Positions 58,801 through 64,000 of a DNA stretch of 64,000 nucleotides are shown here, in pieces. Source of the stretch: a virus; IMG/VR virus record IMGVR_UViG_3300025853_000041, positions 1-64,000 of that record; one strand, 5' to 3'. Both the position numbers and the translations under genes were made by a program. Positions within the stretch are counted from its first letter, which is position 1; each line of letters starts with the position of its first letter. Under the pieces are notes generated by a model, which saw only the letters and a list, made by a program, of their open reading frames with translations, was not told where the DNA came from and searched no databases.

Positions 58801-61800
58801 AGAACCCACAGAAGAGGTTAGCCCTGAGGACAGTCCAGAGACTGTTGAGGGGAATGAAATCACTGATACTGGCATCCCAGAGGCTGCACCTCCTGTGACT
58901 ACAACTCCATTTGGCACTGTCTCAACAGATAGAAACCAAGAAGTTGAAATGTTAGCAGAGGAATTCAAAGAAGCAGTATCAGAAGATATGGAAACTATTG
59001 AAGGTATGATTGAAGATGCACCTGAAGCTCCACCTATGGACATTTTTATGGACATGGATGAAGATGAGATGATTGAATCTTTAGGAGGTAAAAATCAAGG
59101 TAATCCTTTAGTAAGTATAGGTAACAAGATGAAAGATTTTGTTGCAAAGGCTAAGAAAACCACAGGTAGAGATGTAACTTTTGAAGATTTCTTATTAGCT
59201 GTTGCTGGTAGAGGACCAATATCTGATTACAAAAGCTACTTAACCTTATTTGCAAATGCTTGGAGCAATGCAGGTTTAGGTCAAGTAAATGCTCAAGAAA
59301 AGTATATAGCTGCAGTTGAGATGGCAAACCTACTTAATGAAAAAATTGAGATGGCTACCAATGAAGTTCTAGAAATATCTCCAGAGCAAACTAAAAAATT
59401 AGAAACAGAAGAAAAAGCTTTAGGTTTAACAACCACTGAAACAGAGGTAGTTAATCGTGATGCTAATGGAATTCCTGTTGTTACTCAAAAAAGAGATAAT
59501 GTCTTTGACGAGATTTACAAGATTAATAATGCTGCACTTGAGTTTACAGAAGAAGAAGTAACTGACCCTGAAACAGGAGAGGTATATATTCGTAGAACTA
59601 CTGCTCCTATTGCAAAAAGAAATGAAGAAGCAGGCACAAATATTAATAATCTTGTACATCCTGACAAAAATAATAAAGGAGATATTGTCACTGTTCCTAA
59701 ACCTGTCCCAGAAGAGATAGGAAGTATTATGGTTTCAGTGAGAAATGATAAAGGAAGAACAGTTAAAAGAATATCTTTTGCAGAATGGGCTGAAGAGAAT
59801 AGAGGAGACATGAGTATGGAAGAATTCTCTGAAACTGATGAATACATTGCAAAAGTTCCTATGTTTTATGTAGATAGTGAAGGACAAAAAATAGGCTGGG
59901 TAGCAGAGGCTGACTGGTTTAACCCTTCAACTGAAGGAGAAATGTCTGAAGCTGACAGAAACAACATTAAAGTAAGTAACCTTTCTGGAACTGAATTAGC
60001 TGAAATCGAAAGAAAAAAGCAAAGTGCTCTTTCATTAAGAAAAGAAATCTTAGCAGGGAATGTAGAACAATTTGAAATAGTTTCAGATGGTACTTCATTT
60101 GTTAGGTTATACTTCAAACAAGATGAAGAAGGTAACACTATACCTCCAAAACCTTTATCTGAGGTAGCTCCTGATAGTCAGATAGCAATAATGGGAGTTA
60201 ATGGTCTGCATTTTGTAGATGGTCAAACTCAAATTAGTACTGATGATATAATCAATTGGGGAGACAGTGATTCTGGTTTCTCAAGAAAAGTAGAAAAAGT
60301 TTCTGCTGATGGGAAATCTAAAAAGTTTGTTGTAGAGAATGCTAATAAAGCTGTATATCTTCAACATGTAGCTACTGTCAATGGAGTTAAAAAATATGAG
60401 ATTAGTCTCACTCAAAGACAAAATGATGAAAATGGTGCAGGTGTACCTAAATCAGTAATTGAGACTGTAAGAATTTTGGCTGCTGCTAATACTATTTTAA
60501 TGAATGATACCTTTAGTGTTAAAAAACCTGGTAACATTCCTTTCATTGCTAAGGATAATCCTTATAGAATGACAAAAGAGCAAGCTCAACAGATTCATGA
60601 TAAAGTTAAAAAAGAAACAGGACTTTCTTTATCTACATCTCTAAATGAGTTGATAGAAGGACTTGTTAACATTAAAGATGCTAAGGGAGGAAAAGTGAGT
60701 AGTGGTCTTACAATAGCTAGTCTATCTAACAGGTGGGACAAAGATAATGGTCATGCTGTTAAAGATTCACAGTTTGTTGAGAATACTAAATTTGGTAGAG
60801 ACACACATTTAGGTAAAATTGTATCTATTGCTAAAACAGATAATGGACAATTTGAAGTAAATGTTATTGCAGAAAGTTATATTGACTACTTAAAGGACAC
60901 ACATAAGACTAATATGATGGGTTACAATGTAGGCACAAGTGATAATCCTGTATATACTCCTGCTATTCAACAAGCAGTTAGAATCAAGCCAATCAGAAAA
61001 GTAAAACCAGTTAATGAAATTGTAGAAGAAAACACTACTGCTCCTACTGTTATACAAAAAACAGAGAAGATTGTAGAAGAAGTTAACAATATGGATGAAA
61101 TTGCTGAGGTTTTGGATATTGAAGTGGAAACCAAAACTGAAGAGCAAAAAGTTGCAAGAGAGGCTGCTTTAAATAAAGCCATTGCTACTATTGAAGCTCT
61201 TGGAGGTCAGGTAAACACTGTTGAAGAAAGTGATGAACTTATTGTTTCTGAAATGACTTCAGCACAAAATGTTACTGATTCAATATTAATTACTGAAGGA
61301 TTAACAGTAGAACAAGAAGAAGACCTTATTGGTAGTCTTGCTGCTGAACTGGCAGATAAAAACGCTGATTATAAGCAGATAATGATGAACCTAAATAGTG
61401 ATTTAGCTCATGCAAATACTGCTATTACTAATTCTAAAAATGATTTAATTGATTTTAAAGGTAATCCTACTGTGGATGCTGTGTTAAATTCTTTAAATAC
61501 TTTGAGCACACAAATTCAAAAAGTAAGAGAGAATAGAGATAGGCTGTTAGCTGAAGCTTCTGATAGAGGCAGAAGAGACAGTTTTGTTGTTGATGTTTAT
61601 GAGGAGACAGAAGGAATGTCTGAAAAAGATTATGGTAAAAAAAGTAATGAAGCATTACCAGTAGATAAACTGGGGACTGCTTTGAAAAGAATATTTGCTA
61701 AAGTAGAAACAGGGCAAAAAGGATTCTTAGGTAGAAATAAAATTGCACCATTTAAAAGTATGTATGATACTGTTTTATTAACACTATCTGAATCTATTGG

Positions 61801-64000
61801 AGCAACAACAGACTTTAAAGATATGATGAATATCTTAAGAGAATACTCTGATAGTAACTATTGGATGAAATCTTTAATTGAAAAATTAGAGGCTTCTGAT
61901 GAACAAATACAAAATGCTTTTGTTTATAACATGCATGCTCAAAAAGTTACAGCTTATTTTTCAGGTTTTACTCAAAACAATAATACTTTGAATGCTACAT
62001 TTTATGAGAGTAATTCAAATTCTGCAGTGAGAGCCATTAAAAGAAACTGGCAAGATAACTTTAATAGAACTGCATTAAATGATATGGGTCAATTGAACTT
62101 GGAAGAGGTTAATAGGCTATACAATGAATACTTAAGTTGGGGTAAAAGTCCTGAGAAACAAGATTCTGACACTTTAAGATATTGGTTAGACAACTTTGGT
62201 ATTCGTTTATCAGAGAAGACCATGGAACAGCTTATGTTAGGAGAACTAAGGATTGTAAAAGATGGTGTAGCAGTTAAGCAACCATTTAAGGCTTTATTTG
62301 AGCATTCTGCAGGTGTATTCAATATTTTGAATGAATACCTTATAAAAAACAAAGATGCAAAAGGAGACTTAGGTTTCAGCACAAACACAAAATTAAATCC
62401 TTTCAGTGATATGCACTCTTTATTAGAGCAATTAGCATATCTGGAAGCTAAAAATAATAATAAATATGCCAGTACTACAAGAAGGTCAGGTGGTAAAACT
62501 TTATCTGAAGTAGAGAATATGACATATTTTTACCAACAAATAAGAAAACTTAAAAACTCAGTATTGAGTAAAAACAGTTATGTTGATAAATTAAGAAAAA
62601 CAAGCTTTGCTCAAGATTCTTATATGTTGAGAATGCTTAAAGAAGACCCTGAATTTGTTGAAGCTTTTGACCATGGTTTGATGGACCTTATGGCATTGAA
62701 AGATATCTATAAAGATTCTCCAATGTTTGCAAGTATAGAAGAATTAAGTGAAGAAGATTATCAATTAGCTTTAAGAATTGCATTCCAAGCTAAAGGTAGA
62801 GATGCAAAAATGGACAAGAAAACTGGTTTTAAAATCAGATTATCAAACATGAATACTCTAACCAATTCTGATAAAGGTAGAATGGTAATGTTGAAAACTT
62901 TTGTCTATGATTTTTTCAGAAGTGAACAAGCTTTTGATAAAGACGAAAAGGGGAACTTCGTATTTTCTGATAATTTGAATGAATTGATGTGGAATGATTA
63001 TGTGATGCCTGAATTAAGAAGAATGCACACTTTCATTAATTCAAATCAAGTGACTGATATCAAAGGATATTCAGAGGGAGCTGTTAGATTTAATGTGTTC
63101 CCTGTCCTTAATACTATTACAAACAAAAAAGGGCAAACTATAAAAGAAGCTATTGAAGCTGGAGCCAGTTTAGAACAAATTAAAGAACAGTTTAAAACTG
63201 ATGCCACTAAAGAAGTAGAGAAAAATACTTTTGCAGAAGCTGAAAAAGTTTCAACTAAAAGAAAAACTAATAATGATGCAGAATATTTGGCAGGAAGAAA
63301 AGTTGGAACTCCTGAAGAAAAAAACTTTTTAGCTGAAGTTGATTTTATTTTGAATTCTAAACTGAGTTCAATGAATTATATGCAAATGGTTGCAGGAGAC
63401 CCAGCATTATACTATAAATCAAAAGCTGACAGTACCTCCAAAAATTTAAAAGAGGCTACTAAAGCTTCTATGCAAAGTGCTATTAACCTTGGTAAAAGGA
63501 TGGCAGCAATGATTGCACCAGGAAAGAATTTAGCCAACTCAAAAGGAAACAAGTATATTCAATTATTTATGGATGACATATATGGGTCAGCTTCTAATTT
63601 AGAAGACATTATAGGTTGGCACTATCCTGTTGAAGAGATTGATGAGATGAATCCTGAAACAAAGATGTCTTACAGAGCAATGATTAAAGTTTCTGTATCA
63701 GGAGACACTAAATATGACAAGATATTGAAAGCACAGTTTGATACTGTTTCAGATTTTATTGGAATTGAATCTACTGATGCTCAAGAATACTCAAGTGTTA
63801 AAGAACATCTTTATATCCTTGAAAAGCAAGGACGTTTACCTCAAGAGACAATTAATGAAATTCGTGAAAAGATTGATATGCAGCATAAATTTTACCACAC
63901 TAAATCTAATGTGGGTAAACCTATTCCTGCTGAGTTGTCTTTGAGCACTATAATTAACAGCAAAAATAAAGCAATTGATGGTAAAACACAATTAGAGATT
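55841..64000 (+). CDS. giant virion protein containing the crAss-like virion RNA polymerase (partial, at least 2720 codons)
   Basis: ATG at 55841; no terminated ORF in this frame in the track and the frame is still open at the window end; GDPALYYK, KRMAAMIAPG and IESTDAQEY near 63400-63790 resemble crAss-like RNAP blocks. The catalytic DxDxD motif was not seen in the window. Confidence 0.8.
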   Translation, partial: MNEEDILQLKLAGYIVENGNILSPEGQFLSNVEVNGKAYNSLDSEEDYNYLKEAEETILSDRTAAEEAKNQQKEKITQYEANPLIFADLDDVSDEVFTEYMDKKAEDNEPGAYMLKDDLIAEKKSEAIQEDLVNNLETGEPLSTNTIFTEIQKDTMFQDKGINFDILKEVLPTENRIKEIENVDEDVDTILKGVTSEKKDKDRNIFSKLGDWMWDGIYSGIAALTPDGVGMDDKDLKKEYVGLNEKRKNLLKPEIAKISNVLKEELDFYNKDYEENYSNAGALFGREDQDINNYVRRQLQSKINYLDSFVDDANVYNLISEEFLTDVGTLGLRDAHDAVKYRAHLIGKLENGEELTPTEQRAVENLGRIDLLGGLDLEQSTLYNLTYGAGHSVSYLAGGVFGRMAGKVVGKGIAKGVTGAVGSNFASKLATAGGKQVVKESIGRTVGLVGDIATQATLHTSNLANTIDNYYGTVHMGFDEDGNKVLETDRMQYESVQRDITLYEDALNSGLVPEDQLEATKSNLKYLKQMFSEMKEPQTVGGALAKSWTGNFVESASEVATLNVLKGIPNNLVTRKLTEGLRKTPTWKNLVSKTKSFTAGPTNILNKINKPFPKTMEALNSFSGNRLGNVTIGGNLEEALEEVAVQVVPVWGETDKEAAARKDELLHGSFYFNVLAQAPLQKIIMSPVGTAIRGKNYINRKLDADYRQTKKNFNELMKDLQKGGLEKEEFDEILMAAGSGNFSQLEYKNKIKELDERGETVQANKIRENRIFNAAFMAMKHGKGKEFISALEKSLAKQQAPTTIPTQKEAATIAATIQAITEAKAVQKSMKKVEGLPNAEFILNLEYNKRNLEKNKEGIRAELSAIDASELLSDEQKEGQRLMWDGLMEDTEKGLRVLNKKIEGEKSPTKIKRYKDEASMMVFAKRHLEQQKKEGVEQMSLETAIEEAYGKSISNSSKKKVLKTMEAVEILQIAQQEAKEKAAPIVEEPTEEVSPEDSPETVEGNEITDTGIPEAAPPVTTTPFGTVSTDRNQEVEMLAEEFKEAVSEDMETIEGMIEDAPEAPPMDIFMDMDEDEMIESLGGKNQGNPLVSIGNKMKDFVAKAKKTTGRDVTFEDFLLAVAGRGPISDYKSYLTLFANAWSNAGLGQVNAQEKYIAAVEMANLLNEKIEMATNEVLEISPEQTKKLETEEKALGLTTTETEVVNRDANGIPVVTQKRDNVFDEIYKINNAALEFTEEEVTDPETGEVYIRRTTAPIAKRNEEAGTNINNLVHPDKNNKGDIVTVPKPVPEEIGSIMVSVRNDKGRTVKRISFAEWAEENRGDMSMEEFSETDEYIAKVPMFYVDSEGQKIGWVAEADWFNPSTEGEMSEADRNNIKVSNLSGTELAEIERKKQSALSLRKEILAGNVEQFEIVSDGTSFVRLYFKQDEEGNTIPPKPLSEVAPDSQIAIMGVNGLHFVDGQTQISTDDIINWGDSDSGFSRKVEKVSADGKSKKFVVENANKAVYLQHVATVNGVKKYEISLTQRQNDENGAGVPKSVIETVRILAAANTILMNDTFSVKKPGNIPFIAKDNPYRMTKEQAQQIHDKVKKETGLSLSTSLNELIEGLVNIKDAKGGKVSSGLTIASLSNRWDKDNGHAVKDSQFVENTKFGRDTHLGKIVSIAKTDNGQFEVNVIAESYIDYLKDTHKTNMMGYNVGTSDNPVYTPAIQQAVRIKPIRKVKPVNEIVEENTTAPTVIQKTEKIVEEVNNMDEIAEVLDIEVETKTEEQKVAREAALNKAIATIEALGGQVNTVEESDELIVSEMTSAQNVTDSILITEGLTVEQEEDLIGSLAAELADKNADYKQIMMNLNSDLAHANTAITNSKNDLIDFKGNPTVDAVLNSLNTLSTQIQKVRENRDRLLAEASDRGRRDSFVVDVYEETEGMSEKDYGKKSNEALPVDKLGTALKRIFAKVETGQKGFLGRNKIAPFKSMYDTVLLTLSESIGATTDFKDMMNILREYSDSNYWMKSLIEKLEASDEQIQNAFVYNMHAQKVTAYFSGFTQNNNTLNATFYESNSNSAVRAIKRNWQDNFNRTALNDMGQLNLEEVNRLYNEYLSWGKSPEKQDSDTLRYWLDNFGIRLSEKTMEQLMLGELRIVKDGVAVKQPFKALFEHSAGVFNILNEYLIKNKDAKGDLGFSTNTKLNPFSDMHSLLEQLAYLEAKNNNKYASTTRRSGGKTLSEVENMTYFYQQIRKLKNSVLSKNSYVDKLRKTSFAQDSYMLRMLKEDPEFVEAFDHGLMDLMALKDIYKDSPMFASIEELSEEDYQLALRIAFQAKGRDAKMDKKTGFKIRLSNMNTLTNSDKGRMVMLKTFVYDFFRSEQAFDKDEKGNFVFSDNLNELMWNDYVMPELRRMHTFINSNQVTDIKGYSEGAVRFNVFPVLNTITNKKGQTIKEAIEAGASLEQIKEQFKTDATKEVEKNTFAEAEKVSTKRKTNNDAEYLAGRKVGTPEEKNFLAEVDFILNSKLSSMNYMQMVAGDPALYYKSKADSTSKNLKEATKASMQSAINLGKRMAAMIAPGKNLANSKGNKYIQLFMDDIYGSASNLEDIIGWHYPVEEIDEMNPETKMSYRAMIKVSVSGDTKYDKILKAQFDTVSDFIGIESTDAQEYSSVKEHLYILEKQGRLPQETINEIREKIDMQHKFYHTKSNVGKPIPAELSLSTIINSKNKAIDGKTQLEI

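Noticed and set aside
555-63944. Numerous ORFs antisense to, or nested in, long genes (e.g. 555..992, 26150..26449, 57451..57807, 63738..63944)
   Set aside because: Shadow frames of real genes with no motifs; they conflict with the two-arm strand organisation.
1-64000. Stop-codon reassignment, tRNAs, CRISPR arrays, DGR, inteins or introns in core genes
   Set aside because: Core genes are intact and of normal length in the standard code. By eye I found no tRNA cloverleaf other than the tmRNA, no regularly spaced repeats and no reverse transcriptase.

Overview
A 64 kb stretch of an AT-rich crAss-like (Crassvirales-type) podophage genome. The host is most likely Bacteroidetes/Flavobacteriia, based on repeated TAnnTTTG promoters and the lack of obvious Shine-Dalgarno sites. 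Bases 1-18.3 kb are a minus-strand arm with replication genes (ATP-dependent ligase, SF2 and Dda-like helicases, family A polymerase) and many small accessory or early genes. Bases 18.7-64 kb are a plus-strand late arm: adhesins, endolysin, terminase, portal, major capsid protein, ring and tail proteins, holin, muzzle, cargo proteins, and a >2720-codon virion RNA polymerase-containing ORF that runs off the window. The most unusual content is non-coding and lies in the minus arm. It includes a phage tmRNA whose tag frame is 40 codons long, a ~770-nt ORF-free element rich in GNRA tetraloops and pseudoknots (a ROOL/GOLLD-sized candidate ncRNA), and about eight smaller intergenic elements whose ends pair. 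Also notable are a repeated candidate virion-RNAP promoter, probable leaderless late mRNAs, and an envelope-protein cassette with an outer-membrane beta-barrel. All protein and RNA calls are by eye from motifs and gene order; no searches or folding programs were run.
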